A stretch of DNA of 63,998 nt, counting the filler, from Malassezia furfur (Eukaryota): assembly GCA_052055015.1 (NCBI GenBank). It is 6 parts of 6 records of this genome, joined end to end, with 100 filler letters (N's around TTAATTAATTAA, not from the genome) between each part and the next. Parts side by side here need not be neighbours in the genome. Positions count along the whole stretch, not along the records: positions 23,262 to 34,687 come from JBQJIT010000359.1; positions 34,788 to 46,199 come from JBQJIT010000360.1; 4 more parts are not named here. One strand, given 5' to 3'. Position 1 is the stretch's first letter, and each line of letters starts with the position of its first letter. Under the pieces are notes generated by a model that saw only the letters and a program-made list of their open reading frames with translations, had not been told where the DNA came from and ran no database searches. The position numbers and the translations under genes were made by a program. Of this stretch, positions 33,609-44,668 are shown one piece after another.

Positions 33609-33967
33609 GGCCGAAATGGACGGTGTCTCACGGATCCATTCACCGGCTAGTGCCAGAACCCCAGACTGGTTGGGCGAGATGTGACTAAGCAGCCCTATGT
33701 TTAGTCATACCAGATATCGACAGGGATCCCTGGGCAAGCGAATCCGGGGATGCACAATCCCTGCGCACGGATGAAAAATGCACGTGCATTGGCTGCACCA
33801 AGCGAGGCAAGCGGGGATAATGTACAACTTCCGGCTGCTACAACAGGTCCGCACCGAAGCATTCGACGCTTGGAACACACAGTACTAAATAGTATACCCA
33901 CAGCCATCGCCTGGCGGGCCTGCAACTAGGCAAAAAAGGCGCAATTTCCAAGTCGTCGCCGGTGGTA

Positions 33968-34568
33968 TTAGATGACCGGCTCCCAGCTCACGCCACATCC
34001 ACACCCGCTCCCCTTCGCCTGTGGGTTATCCTTGATGGCAAACTGGCTTCCAATCAGTTCCGTGACATAGTCAATGGTACTTCCACGGACAAGCCCGAGC
34101 GAGAAGCTGTCCACGACAATACGCGAACCATTGTCCTCGAAAACGCTGCAATTAGTTAGTCGGGACGTACAAATCATCGTCATCGTACTTGTTGGTAATT
34201 TCCAACTTGTACATGTAGCCGTGGCAGCCTCCGGGCTCGACAATGATGCGCAACGCCGTCTTTGGATCGTTGTCACTTTCCGCCACGGCCTTGATCTTGT
34301 TAATGGCACGCTCGGTGAGGTGCACCAGTGGTGGGTCACCTTCCAAGACCGACTCGTCCTCGGGGTGCTCTGGCTTGGACACGAGCGTCGAGATGGTGCG
34401 CAGTGGTTGCAGTGCCAACCGGAGTGCCCGAGAGAGTGTGGTAGTATATGAAGTCTGTTGCGTGAGGCGCGGTAGTTGTGCGCTAGCCACAGTGGCACGC
34501 ACGCTGTACGCACGGCTCGGCTGTGCGAGCCGAAGCGCGCGACGCACACCAAGACGCGCCGCGGTCAT
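33968..34568 (-). CDS. ISA2: Mitochondrial Fe-S assembly protein Isa2
   Basis: Basic presequence, GGCHG, ELIGSQF, GCGCGVSW; 25-nt intron at 34146-34170. Confidence 0.92.
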
Positions 34569-34605
34569 CGTGAGGCGGACAGGAACGGACGCCACCGACG
34601 GTGGC

Positions 34606-34626
34606 TTGCCACGTGGTCCACGTGAT
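34606..34626. promoter_or_regulatory. Tandem CACGTG (E-/G-box) element upstream of ISA2
   Basis: TTGCCACGTGGTCCACGTGAT; 20/21 identical to 61183-61203. Confidence 0.55.
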
Positions 34627-34687
34627 CCGGCCTCGGCTGCGGCGTGCAGTTTTAGTGGATGGGCGAAGAAGCGCGAATCGGCACCGA

Positions 34688-34787
34688 NNNNNNNNNNNNN
34701 NNNNNNNNNNNNNNNNNNNNNNNNNNNNNNNTTAATTAATTAANNNNNNNNNNNNNNNNNNNNNNNNNNNNNNNNNNNNNNNNNNNN
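34688..34787. other. Artificial contig spacer
   Basis: N run with TTAATTAATTAA. Confidence 0.98.
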
Positions 34788-34789
34788 TC

Positions 34790-34873
34790 CTCGGCCCGGG
34801 CGCCTTCCAGAACCGCCTGCTCACCACCGGCGGCGACGTCGGCGCCCACGCCACCGGCGGCCTCTTTGCCTAA
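34790..34873 (+). CDS. Probable 3' end of an unidentified gene
   Basis: LGPGAFQNRLLTTGGDVGAHATGGLFA* with typical GC3 codons, followed by AATAAA. Confidence 0.4.
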   Translation, partial: LGPGAFQNRLLTTGGDVGAHATGGLFA

Positions 34874-34910
34874 ATAAATAGCCCGCGTATCCCCCACCAA
34901 CCGTTCCGCT

Positions 34911-36425
34911 CTACGTCGCGCCCAGCGCCGGCGCCGGCGCATCGCGCTCGAGCGCCGCGACCAGCTCGTCCCACCGCGCCGCCTGCGCACGATACAGCTC
35001 CATGTGCCCCTGCGCATAGCGCTGCAGCAGCGCATGCACCTCGCGCCGCCGCCCCAGCGTGTACACGCGGTGCTCCTGCAGCACGTGCTCGTTGAGCGCC
35101 AGCGCCTGGTCGTGCGCCGCACGCACCGCGCCGTTCAGCTCGTCGATGCGCGCGTCGAGCCGCTCAAGCCGCTCGATGCGCGCCTGCTCCTCGTCCACGC
35201 CCAGCACCTTGTCGAACGTCGAGCGCACATAGCCCCGCACGCCCGTCCCGCGGATGTTGCCGCCGCGCGCCGCGCCGCGCCCAAGCGCGTCGAGGCGGTC
35301 GCGCTCCGCGACCTCGTGCGCGAGGTAGTCGGTGAGCCCCTCAAAGTCGAGCTGCTTGCTCTCGCGCAGCCGCAGGGGCGCCTGGTGCGCGTGCGCATAC
35401 GCCTGCTGCGAGTGCAGCTGCGTCAGCACCGCGTCGGTGCACTGCGCGGTGAAGCGCGCGTGCTCGGCGCCCGCGCTGCGCAGCGCCGCGGCGGTGTGCA
35501 TCAGCGCGGGCGCCATGCCGCTCTCGAGCACCGCAAGCTCGTCGAGTGCCGTCGCCACGTCGTCGTAGTCGGTCGCCAGATCTTCAGTCGATGCGCCAAG
35601 GGAGGTTGCGTACAGTTCGTCAAAGGCAGCCACTTCACGCAGGCGTAAGTCATCTCGCTCTCGCATCGAAAGGGGTGCCGCACGCCATGGACCCGCATAC
35701 GTACCTGAAACGTGCGTGCGGTTGCGCAGCAGCACGCGCCGCAGCTGCGCCTCGTCTTCGTCCTCGCGCGCGAGCGCCGCCTGGATCGCGACGAACCGCG
35801 CGTCGGGCTTGCGCACCTTGGCGAACGCGTTGAGCACCGTGTCGCTCACCTGCTCAAGCAGGCTGTGCGGCGCCGCCGCCGCGTGCACGCTGTCGTCGCC
35901 GTCGCGCGCCACGGGACGGCCCGTGTGGGTATGCATGTCGATGTGCTGCGTGAGCGGCGCGCCACGTACCCACTCCTCCGACGCGAGAAACTGGCGCAGG
36001 ACCGTTGCGCGCTGCAGCGTCGGGTGCCGGCACACGCGCTCGAGGAAGAGCTGCAGCTCGCCGAGCCGCTTCTGTACAAACGCCTCGCTGAACCGGTCGC
36101 CAATCAGGTATCCGATCCGCCGCTTCTCGGGCAGCGGCGGCACGATGCACGCCGGGAACTCTTTCACCAGCGTGTCGTGCAGAAACACAAAGTCTTGGAA
36201 GCGCCGCCGCGTCTGCAGCCGCGCGTGCCGAAAGTGGGGCAGCGTCGTCTCGGCCCGCACGCCGTACGACACGTACGTCTCGCGCGCATGCGCGCCCGCC
36301 GCGCCGTCCGCACCTGCGCCCGGCTTCTCGGTGCGCGGATCACACACGCACACGCGTAGCTCGCCGTGCCATGCCGGCGCCGCGCCCTCGGCGCCGTCGA
36401 CCCCCGCTGCGCCGTCGGGGTGCAT
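34911..36425 (-). CDS. SNX4: Sorting nexin 4 (PX-BAR)
   Basis: RRFQDFVFL, PPLPEK, HPTLQR, KVRKPD, KQLDFEGLTDYL. Intron 35946-35969 and a probable longer one at 35582-35704. Confidence 0.9.
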   Translation of the reverse strand: MHPDGAAGVDGAEGAAPAWHGELRVCVCDPRTEKPGAGADGAAGAHARETYVSYGVRAETTLPHFRHARLQTRRRFQDFVFLHDTLVKEFPACIVPPLPEKRRIGYLIGDRFSEAFVQKRLGELQLFLERVCRHPTLQRATVLRQFLASEEWVRGAPLTQHIDMHTHTGRPVARDGDDSVHAAAAPHSLLEQVSDTVLNAFAKVRKPDARFVAIQAALAREDEDEAQLRRVLLRNRTHVSGTYAGPWRAAPLSMRERDDLRLREVAAFDELYATSLGASTEDLATDYDDVATALDELAVLESGMAPALMHTAAALRSAGAEHARFTAQCTDAVLTQLHSQQAYAHAHQAPLRLRESKQLDFEGLTDYLAHEVAERDRLDALGRGAARGGNIRGTGVRGYVRSTFDKVLGVDEEQARIERLERLDARIDELNGAVRAAHDQALALNEHVLQEHRVYTLGRRREVHALLQRYAQGHMELYRAQAARWDELVAALERDAPAPALGAT

Positions 36426-36502
36426 CGCCGTGGCCGCAACGCTGCGCGACCCGCCCAGCGCTTAACGCCCCGACACCCCACCCACGTGCGCGCCTTGGCA
36501 CC

Positions 36503-37040
36503 ATGACGCTGCCGTACGTCGTTGACGCACAGACGAGCCTCTCGCCCGCCGAGCTCCAGGTGCTGCATGACCAGTACGACACCGAGGCGGCCGCGGGGCA
36601 CATCACCACCCAGACCAAGTTCAACTATGCGTGGGCGCTGATCAAGAGCCAGGACCGCCAGCAGATGCTCCAGGGCGTCGCGCTCCTCACCGGTACGCAC
36701 ACGCGCACGCCACTCACACCAGACATCTACCGCACCGACCCGCCGCGGCGGCGCGAGTGCCTGTACTACCTCTCGCTCGGGCACTACAAACTGTCCAACT
36801 TTGACGAGGCCAAGCGCTTCAACAGTACGTGCACGTGCTCACACCCAGGCCTGCTCCTCGAGCGCGAGCCAAACAACCTGCAGGCCCAGAGCCTGAACGC
36901 GCTCATCGAGAAGGGGATCGCTCGGGGTACGTGCACACCGCTCACACACAGAGGGATACATCGGCATGGCCCTCCTCGGCGGCGCAGCCACCGTCGCGGG
37001 CGTCCTCGTCACATCGCTCCTCCGGAGGGGCCGTAGGTAG
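36503..37040 (+). CDS. FIS1: Mitochondrial fission protein Fis1
   Basis: QTKFNYAWALIKS, RRRECLYYL, EPNNLQA, C-terminal tail anchor. Introns 36693-36722, 36825-36848, 36927-36951. Confidence 0.93.
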
Positions 37041-37066
37041 ATGGTGGAAACAAAACGATCGGCATC

Positions 37067-38024
37067 TTAGCCTTGGAACATAATGCCCTTGGCCTGCGCC
37101 TCGGAGCGCCCGCCACTCGCAAAGCCCGTGCCTTCGCGCACGATCGCAATCACGTCGTCGCTCTTGCGCACGCGCTCGCTGCACTCGGGGCACGCCACCG
37201 CCTCGTCGTGCCGCGCGAGCGGCGCGTGCACGAGCTCCTTCGTGCACGACGAGCACAGCACATGCCCACACTTGCGCAGCACGTACACCTGCGCCGTGAG
37301 CGGCAGCTCTTTTTTGCAGCTCGGACAGTAGTGCTGCGTCTGGGTATCCACGGTCCGCGTGCCAAAGTGCACCGGCACCAGTCCTTTCATCGTGAGCTTG
37401 TGCGGCTTCTCCGAGCCGGCAATGCACAGCGTCGTCGACGGCCGGTCGTCCTTGGCCAGCTCACGCAGCGTATCCGCCTCGACCTCGGGCGCCATGCTCG
37501 GCAGCCAGAACGCGGGGTTCGCTGCACCGGGCTTAGCCGCGTCGGTCCGCGCGTGCTTTGACACGTCGTCCGCCGCAGACTCGTCGTCACGCTTGCGCTT
37601 CGCGGCCTCGTGCGGCAGCGCATTCGACGCCTCCTCGAACGCCGCGATCCGCCGCTGCTCGGCGCGCGCGGCCGCCTCGGCCTCCTCCTCGCTCTGGCGC
37701 TGCGCGAGCTCGGCGCGCCGCTTGGAGTGTTCTGTGAGCTGCTTCTTTTGCGTGACGAGGTCCGACAGAATGCACTCCTGCATGGTCAGCGTGCGCCACG
37801 CACCTTGCAAAAGACGTGGCCCTGTGCACAGCACACGGGCCGCTGCGCGTCCTGCAGGCACAGGCAGCACGCGTAGAACGCGCGCATGCTTTCGACCGTC
37901 AGCCGGAGCTTGCGCGAGCCCCAGCGGTCCTTGAGCATTCTATGTATAAATCGGCGCACACATACTGATATTCGGCATACGTAAAGTGCCCGGACGCCGT
38001 ATTGTGCTTCGAATGCCGCGCCAT
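37067..38024 (-). CDS. NOSIP-like RING/U-box protein
   Basis: MARHSKHNTA..FTYAE, CCLCLQ, CPSC...CGHVLC...CPEC, EGTGFASGG. Introns 37940-37965 and 37778-37803. Confidence 0.85.
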
Positions 38025-38286
38025 GGTGCACGACGCTGGCGCGTGCGTGCGCGTATAGGAATTATGTGGATCGGCGGCGGCAGCGGCGGCGGCGGCGGCG
38101 TAGGCGGAAGAGGAAGTATGCGGTGGGCCAGCAAATCCCATCCGTGCGGTTTGCAAGCAAGCAAAAAAGCGTGCCGCGGCCAAGGCCGCGGGTCGACCGT
38201 ACGGCGCGATCGCAGCGCCTCTGCTTGCGCTACCGGCGTATCGCGTGCATCCACAGCAAGTCTCGACTAGATTCCTCCTACGTAGC

Positions 38287-38798
38287 TCAATGGTCGCCCT
38301 CGCCGGCCTCCTTCTTCATCGAAAACGCGGACCACTGGCCGGGCGGCGCAGGGACTTCGAGCGGCTCGTATCTGTAGGTTAGCACAACATCCACAACGCG
38401 TCCACGTACGGCTTCCAGTCGATCATCTTGGCAGCGAGGTTCAGCTCGTCGTCCGCCTGGATCAGGAGCTCCTCGACGATACCGCCGTCGATCTTGTCGG
38501 TGACCGTCTTGATGGCGTGCTCGCTGAAGCTCGGGTCCTTCGTCGCCCTCTCGTTCATCGCGGCACGGACAATGTCCAGGCGGCCCTGCGTGACGGCCTC
38601 GGCAGACTGGCGGTACACGGCCGACTCCGGGAGTGCCTTGAGCACCTGCAGCGTGCGGGTATACTTTTGCTCGAGCACAGGCAGCGGGTTCGGGTGCACT
38701 TCGATGCCGGCCAGACCCGTCGAGGTCTTGGTGCGCAAGTACAGGGGCGCGGCCTGCGCCGCGGACGAAACCTGGCGCACAAGGCGAGTCGCAAACAT
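38287..38798 (-). CDS. NDUFA5: Complex I accessory subunit NDUFA5
   Basis: TGLAGIEVHPNP, LPESAVYRQS, GIVEELLIQADDEL, WKPYEPL...PPGQW; intron 38372-38409. Confidence 0.9.
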
Positions 38799-38951
38799 CA
38801 CGATCGGGGCAGGAGGCAGGCCGCGGCCTCCGCCGTCGCCTTCCGGTCATCCTCGGCCGAACCTCCACCGCGGCGGCTCCACACGGCGTGCGCGCACGAG
38901 GTTTTGTTCTGGTGCATACGCAGCCGCTCTGCATCTGGGTGCTTGGGGGCG

Positions 38952-40547
38952 ATGATGCCGCGTGACGCGCCGCACGGTAGGTCCTCCAGCGCTTATCCTC
39001 CAGACTATCCGCCGCCAATGCCACCACCCGTGGGTGAGCATGCGGGGCTTTCCGCCCACAACCCCTACTATGCATACACCGCACCCCCGCCGTCCGAGCC
39101 GATCTACCCGCCTTATCGACCCAGGCGTGTACAGCCCAACGGCGAGCCCCACGGCGCACCGCCGTACGCAATGCATGAGCCGCCGATGGCGGTGCACCCC
39201 GCGTCGCCGCCCATGCGGTATGCACCCGAGCCGATGGACTACATGCTGCCCCCCCGCGGCGGCCCCGACGTGCTGCCGCCGCCGATGCACGACGATCTCG
39301 CGCGCCCGCCGATGCTGCCGATGCACGACGTGCCGATGCACATGGAGCCCGCGATGCACCTGCCGCCGCGCACACGCGAGCGTGCGCCGGCGCACGCAGC
39401 ACCGGTGCCTGTGCCAATGCCGCCGTCGCCGCGTCGGGTGCATGCGAGTGTGCACTCGCGCTCGCACCCGCGGCGCTCGGTGCCGCTTGCCGGCCCGAAC
39501 GGCGAGATGGTGAGCTCTTCGGCGTCGAAGCGCGACCGGAAGCGCAAAGAGGTGCTCGAGCGCCTCGAGCGGACGCACTGGGAGGGCCTCGAGAACCGCG
39601 ACGCCGTCTTCCACGAGGCGTACGTCGCGCTCACGTCCATGTACCACGCGCTGCTCACGCACCCCACGCATGTGCGCGAGTTTGCGATCGCGATGGCCGA
39701 CCGCACGCTGGAGCGCGACGCGGCGCTGCGCGAGGTCGCTTTGTACCACGCGTTCCGTCTGGAGCGCAGCCAGAATACGTTCGCTGCGGAGCGTACCAAG
39801 GTGGACGACGAGGCGCGGCTCGCGAAGCGCAGTGTGCGCGACAAGCTGCTGCACGTCATCGAGGACCGCAAGCGCCGCCTGCGCGAGGAAAAAGAGGGCG
39901 GCGAGTTTGCGGCCGACTTCTTGCTGGAGCCGTCGCAACGGCAGCACTCGACGCGGCAGCTGCGCAACAAGGGCGCGGCGGCGGCCACGCCTGCGCTGTC
40001 GCTCGCGCGGCACAGCGCGCTGCACCTCGACGACGAGGGCGAGGGCAGTACGCATGCGCTGAGCACCGCTGTGGCACAGCTGCTGCACTGGAGCGAGCTG
40101 GACGCCTCGGCGGCGATCGCGGCCGCGAGCGCGCAGGGCGGCGATACGCGCGCACTGCCAATCACCGTCGCGAATGGCGAGACGGTCAACATGTCGCTGC
40201 ACGAGGTGTTTGCGTCGCATGCGTCGCTGCTCGCCGGCGTGAATCTGTCCATGGCGGCGGCGGCTGCGAACGCGGCGGCGAACGCGTCCAAGAACAAGAA
40301 AAAGGGTGCGAAGCCATCGCACGCACAGGTGCTCGCGAACGCCGAGCGCACGCTGCACGCCGACGAGGACGAGTCGCAGACCGGCGCTGGGCCACTGCCC
40401 ACGACGCCCTTCCTGAGCACGGGCGGCGGCCGCCTCCGCTGGGACACGGCCAAGTGCCTGAGCCAGCTGACGGGGGCCAAGGACATCGAGGTCGAGTCGG
40501 ACCTGATCAACATCCACAAGATTGGCAACAAGCGGCGGCGCAGGTAG
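38952..40547 (+). CDS. Sds3-like (Rpd3L/Sin3 complex) protein
   Basis: Pro/Met-rich N-terminus, SKRDRKRKEVLERL followed by a coiled coil, C-terminal GAKDIEVESDL; possible 27-nt intron at 38977-39003. Confidence 0.65.
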   Translation: MMPRDAPHGRSSSAYPPDYPPPMPPPVGEHAGLSAHNPYYAYTAPPPSEPIYPPYRPRRVQPNGEPHGAPPYAMHEPPMAVHPASPPMRYAPEPMDYMLPPRGGPDVLPPPMHDDLARPPMLPMHDVPMHMEPAMHLPPRTRERAPAHAAPVPVPMPPSPRRVHASVHSRSHPRRSVPLAGPNGEMVSSSASKRDRKRKEVLERLERTHWEGLENRDAVFHEAYVALTSMYHALLTHPTHVREFAIAMADRTLERDAALREVALYHAFRLERSQNTFAAERTKVDDEARLAKRSVRDKLLHVIEDRKRRLREEKEGGEFAADFLLEPSQRQHSTRQLRNKGAAAATPALSLARHSALHLDDEGEGSTHALSTAVAQLLHWSELDASAAIAAASAQGGDTRALPITVANGETVNMSLHEVFASHASLLAGVNLSMAAAAANAAANASKNKKKGAKPSHAQVLANAERTLHADEDESQTGAGPLPTTPFLSTGGGRLRWDTAKCLSQLTGAKDIEVESDLINIHKIGNKRRRR

Positions 40548-40595
40548 TCTCCAGAGCACGTTTCTTTACAGTACAATACATCGTCCGTCTATTCA

Positions 40596-42026
40596 TTATG
40601 CCTCGGCAACCGTCCCCGCAGCACGCAGCCGCGCAAGAAGCACCTCGGGCGCGCCATCGCCCAGCGTGTCGGCGCCGACGGTGTAGCGCACGCGCGCCGA
40701 GGCGAGGCCGTTGAAGTTGGACGCAGCACACAGCGTGTAGGCGCCCATCCCCTCATACACAAGCCAGTCGCCGACGTTGAGTGCGCGCGGCAGGTGCGTC
40801 ATCCGCAGAATGCAGTCCATGCTGTCGCACGTCGGACCCCACACGCTGCACGCCCACTTGTCCGCCAGGCGCGCGTCCGGCGCCGCATCGTCGCCGTACA
40901 CAATCTCTCGGCCGAGCGACAGAACCTTCGGCTCGACGTGCTGGTGGTCGAAGATGAGGCAGTTGAACGCGCCATAGGTGCCGTTGTTCTGGTAATACAT
41001 CGCCTCGGGCTTGGGCTCAACGGCGGCCACGTTGTCCTCGTCGCCGCTGCTCACGCGCCGCGCAATGATGTTCGTCGCGAGCGAGAAGGCGCGCTGCACA
41101 AAGTAGCGGCCGGGCTCGGCAATGATGCGCAGGCCGTTGGGCAGGCCCGCGACGCGCGTGCCGCCCGGCGCAAACTGCTCGTCCGAGAAGTGCTCGGCGA
41201 TGGCCGAGCGGAGCACGGCAGCGATCGCGGTGAAGTTGTCGTGCTCGAAGCCGCCGCCGACGTCGAGCAGGTCGAACTGGTAGCCCAGCTCGGCACCGAC
41301 GTCGAACGCGTAGCGCGCACGCACCACTGCGTCACGGAACGCCTCGGGGTCCGTGCACCCGGAGCCGACGTGGAACGACACGCCGACCACATCGAGGTCG
41401 AGCTCCTTGGCCCGCTCCAGCAGCCGCCGGGCGTCCTTGAGCGGCGCGCCAAACTTGATCCCGAGCTGGCACACGCTCTTGGAGTCATCGGTGAGAACGC
41501 GCAAGACGAGCTTGCACGTGGGGTGGAAGCGCTTCATTTTGTCGAGTTCGTCGAGGTTGTCAAAGGTCGTCAGCCCGACGTTTTGCTGAGCGGCGCGGCG
41601 CACAAACGACGACGCCTTGCACGGGTTTGCGTAGATGATGCGCGACGGCGGCAGGCCGAGGTCGAGCATCTGCTGGATCTCGCCGTTCGACGCACAATCG
41701 AAGCCCGTGCCGAGCGCCGCAAGAAGCTGCAGCACCATCGGCTCGGGGTTGCACTTCACCGCATAGAACGGAATAATGTGCGGCAGCTCACGGCGCCACA
41801 GCATGTACTGCCGGTAGATCTGCGCGAGGTCTGCCACGAAGAAGGCATTTTCGCCGTCCGCCTCACAGGCGTCGACGTCAATGGCGTCGAGGACCGCACG
41901 CAGCTGCTGCACGGTGGTCCCGGCGTAAATCTCGTCGCCGAGATTGCTCTTGGCGATCGGGAAGCATGCCTGCTCCTCAGCGTCGTCCGGCGGCGGCGTA
42001 AGCACACGAGCGCTGGCAAAGGACAT
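40596..42026 (-). CDS. SPE1: Ornithine decarboxylase
   Basis: PFYAVKCN, FDCAS, IIYANPCK, SFHVGSG, LDVGGG, AEPGRY, WGPTCD. Confidence 0.93.
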   Translation of the reverse strand: MSFASARVLTPPPDDAEEQACFPIAKSNLGDEIYAGTTVQQLRAVLDAIDVDACEADGENAFFVADLAQIYRQYMLWRRELPHIIPFYAVKCNPEPMVLQLLAALGTGFDCASNGEIQQMLDLGLPPSRIIYANPCKASSFVRRAAQQNVGLTTFDNLDELDKMKRFHPTCKLVLRVLTDDSKSVCQLGIKFGAPLKDARRLLERAKELDLDVVGVSFHVGSGCTDPEAFRDAVVRARYAFDVGAELGYQFDLLDVGGGFEHDNFTAIAAVLRSAIAEHFSDEQFAPGGTRVAGLPNGLRIIAEPGRYFVQRAFSLATNIIARRVSSGDEDNVAAVEPKPEAMYYQNNGTYGAFNCLIFDHQHVEPKVLSLGREIVYGDDAAPDARLADKWACSVWGPTCDSMDCILRMTHLPRALNVGDWLVYEGMGAYTLCAASNFNGLASARVRYTVGADTLGDGAPEVLLARLRAAGTVAEA

Positions 42027-42194
42027 CGACAAACGCGCGGCGGTCCCGTCCCAGTCGTATCGCACGGCACAAAAAAACCGAAGAAAAAAAACCAGGGTCG
42101 CCGCCGGTGGCACTAGGGTACCGCAGCAAAACGCCACGTGGCTACGACGTCTTCCCCAGACCGCGCCGCGACGATTTCGCCAGGCCTGGTTGCC

Positions 42195-44336
42195 ATGTCG
42201 CGCGCCGCGAAGCGCGAGCCGGCCGCACGGCCAAGCACATCCGAGGCAGAAAAACGTAAGACGGACGAGATGCAAGAGACACAGAGCAAGCCGGCCAACT
42301 CGCCGCCCAAAAAGAAACAGTCTACGCGCCGCAAAGTGAACATGGCGTGCATTTACTGCCGCCGGAGCCATATGACCTGCGACGAGAACCGGCCATGCCA
42401 GCGCTGGTACGTTGGACCCCACCGCCACTCACACACAGCGTTAAGCGCGTCATTGGGCACCTGTGCCGCGACGAAGTGACACAGCCCACGGGCGGCGCCG
42501 CACGGCATCGCAACACGCGCAAACCCGCCGAGCCGCAACCGATCGCCACACCACCGCTCTTCCACAAGGCGCCCAGCACGAACGGGACACAGGATATTCA
42601 TCCACATGAGCTCAACGTGTCGCCCGCGCCGGGCGTCAACATGGCGCGCCTCGACCACGACCTGACCAACAGTCAGACCTTCTCGCAGGACCCTTTGAGC
42701 GCGTCGCGGCTCGGCTCCGCGTACGCCTCGACGGCCGGGTCGCAGTTCGGCATGGCCCCGCAATTCCGCGCGGCGCAGGACGTGTCGCTCGTGCCGCCAG
42801 ACAAGGCGCGCGTCATGGACCCCAATCTATCGCTCTTCCGGCCGATGCCTTCGCTGCCGTCGTCCACGAACGGCGCACCGGCCAACATGGAGGCGGTCGA
42901 CGTGCCGCCTTCGCACGCCCCCATGGGCGCGGCGCCCGGGCCCGCACGCGCAGGCGACCTGCAGGGCGCCCAGCTCGGCGGCACTGCCTGGCTCGGCCTC
43001 GGCGGAGGACCTGGACGGGCAAGCATTGCGGGCGACTCGGGCGGCGGCGGCGAGCTGAACATCCTGAGCGAGTTCCTCGAGTCGCTCGACGATACCACGC
43101 CGTGGTATGCGGCAGGCGATAAGCCGGGCGCGCCGTCCGCCGACCCACTCGGCTTTCCGTTCCAGGCAGATACGGCGCCAGGCACGCTGGACAGTGGGAT
43201 GCAGCGCGGCACAGGTACCCACAACCTGCTGGCGACGCCGCCGTCGATGATGGAGCACGACGCGATGGGCCTCGACACGGAAGGCACGGGGCTCGGCGAC
43301 CCCGGCCACAGCCTGTCGCTCCTGTCGCCGTCCAAGACGATGACGCCGCGGCAAATACCGCTGCACGAGTATGTGCATGGCGGCATGCACGACGACCACG
43401 ACAAGTCCGATTCAAAGACACCGAGCCATGCGTCCGATCCGTACCCCCCGCTGCTCGCGCGCGATGCATCCAAGACGGAGCGGTTCCTGCTGACGGCCGC
43501 CGACCAGACGGACGGAAGCCGCGACGAGCGGCTGCGCAAGGTGATTCAGGCCAAGTGTGAGGCGGGTCTCTTGCGCCCCTACAACCACGTGAATGGCTAC
43601 GCGCGGCTGAACCGCTGGATGGAACACAACGTTTCGGCGTCGTCACGGCGGCGCATCCTCAAGCCGCTGAGCGTATTCCGCCCCGTCTTTTACTCGATCG
43701 CCAAGAAACTCACGCAGTACGACCTGATCTACATTGAGGAGGCGTTTGAGCGGCTCCTGCTCGATTACGACCGCGTGTTCAGCATTCAGAGCATCCCTGC
43801 GTGTCTGTGGCGGCGCACGGGCGAGATTTACAAGGGGAACAAGGAGTTTGCGGACCTCGTGGGGGTCTCGATCGAGTCGCTGCGCGAGGGCCGTCTGTGC
43901 ATCTACGAGCTGATGGCCGAGGAGAGCGCGGTGAACTACTGGGAAAAGTACGGCTCGGTGTCGTTCGACCCGAGTCAAAAAGCGGTGCTGACGATGTGCA
44001 AGCTACGGACGAGGAACGCGGGTGTGGCGCACACCAATGCCGCGGCGTCCAGCACCACTGCTGCGCCGGCGGCGGGCGGCGAAGGCAAGGACGCGCCCGG
44101 CGACGAGCCGACGTCGGAGGCGCGCGGCGCTGAGGGCGATGCGTCCGAGACAGCTGCGCCCGCGGCCAAGGATGCGGCGCCGTGCATTACGTGTTGCTTC
44201 AGCTTCACGATCCGGCGAGACAAGTGGAATGTACGTGGGAGGAGTGACTAACGAGCTAGATTCCTACGATGATTGTGGGCGTACGTGGGCCGCGCGCGAC
44301 TGACCGCAGAACTTTCTGCCGACCCATTCGGCGTAA
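42195..44336 (+). CDS. Zn2Cys6/PAS transcription factor, Rds2/AcuM family
   Basis: ACIYCRRSHMTCDENRPCQRCVKRVIGHLC, FLLTAAD, PACLWRRTGEI, CCFSFTIRRD..IPTMIVGNFLP. Introns 42407-42438, 44231-44259, 44281-44309. Confidence 0.88.
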
Positions 44337-44668
44337 GGGCGGCGGCGACGCCAGAACGAGTGTCGCCGTCACCTGCAAGAGTGCTGTAAGGAGTGTGGAG
44401 GAACGAATGAGATTGTGCCATAGTTCTGCAAAAGCCTCCACTTGTATGCAACGCACCGCGTCGCGCAGCTGCGGAGTGTGGCCCCTAGCGGCACGCGCGT
44501 CTGAAGCGCGCGGAGCGAGCCCCTTGGCGGGAAAGGGTTGCGCGCGCTGCGACAAAACCACCGAAGTCGGCGATCCTCAGCGTGCCCGTCCAGACCGGTG
44601 TGTGAAGTACACCGGGTGTCCGTCCTTCTTTTGATTACGGGCAACGCTGCGGTCTGGTTTCTCCAACG

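Noticed and set aside
40960..41000. ODC motif NDG reading NNG
   Set aside because: The PLP lysine and catalytic CD are intact; one substitution is not enough to infer a changed function.
1..44336. Apparent iron regulon (NRPS, ISA2, AcuM-like factor)
   Set aside because: Three separate contigs; no physical linkage is shown.
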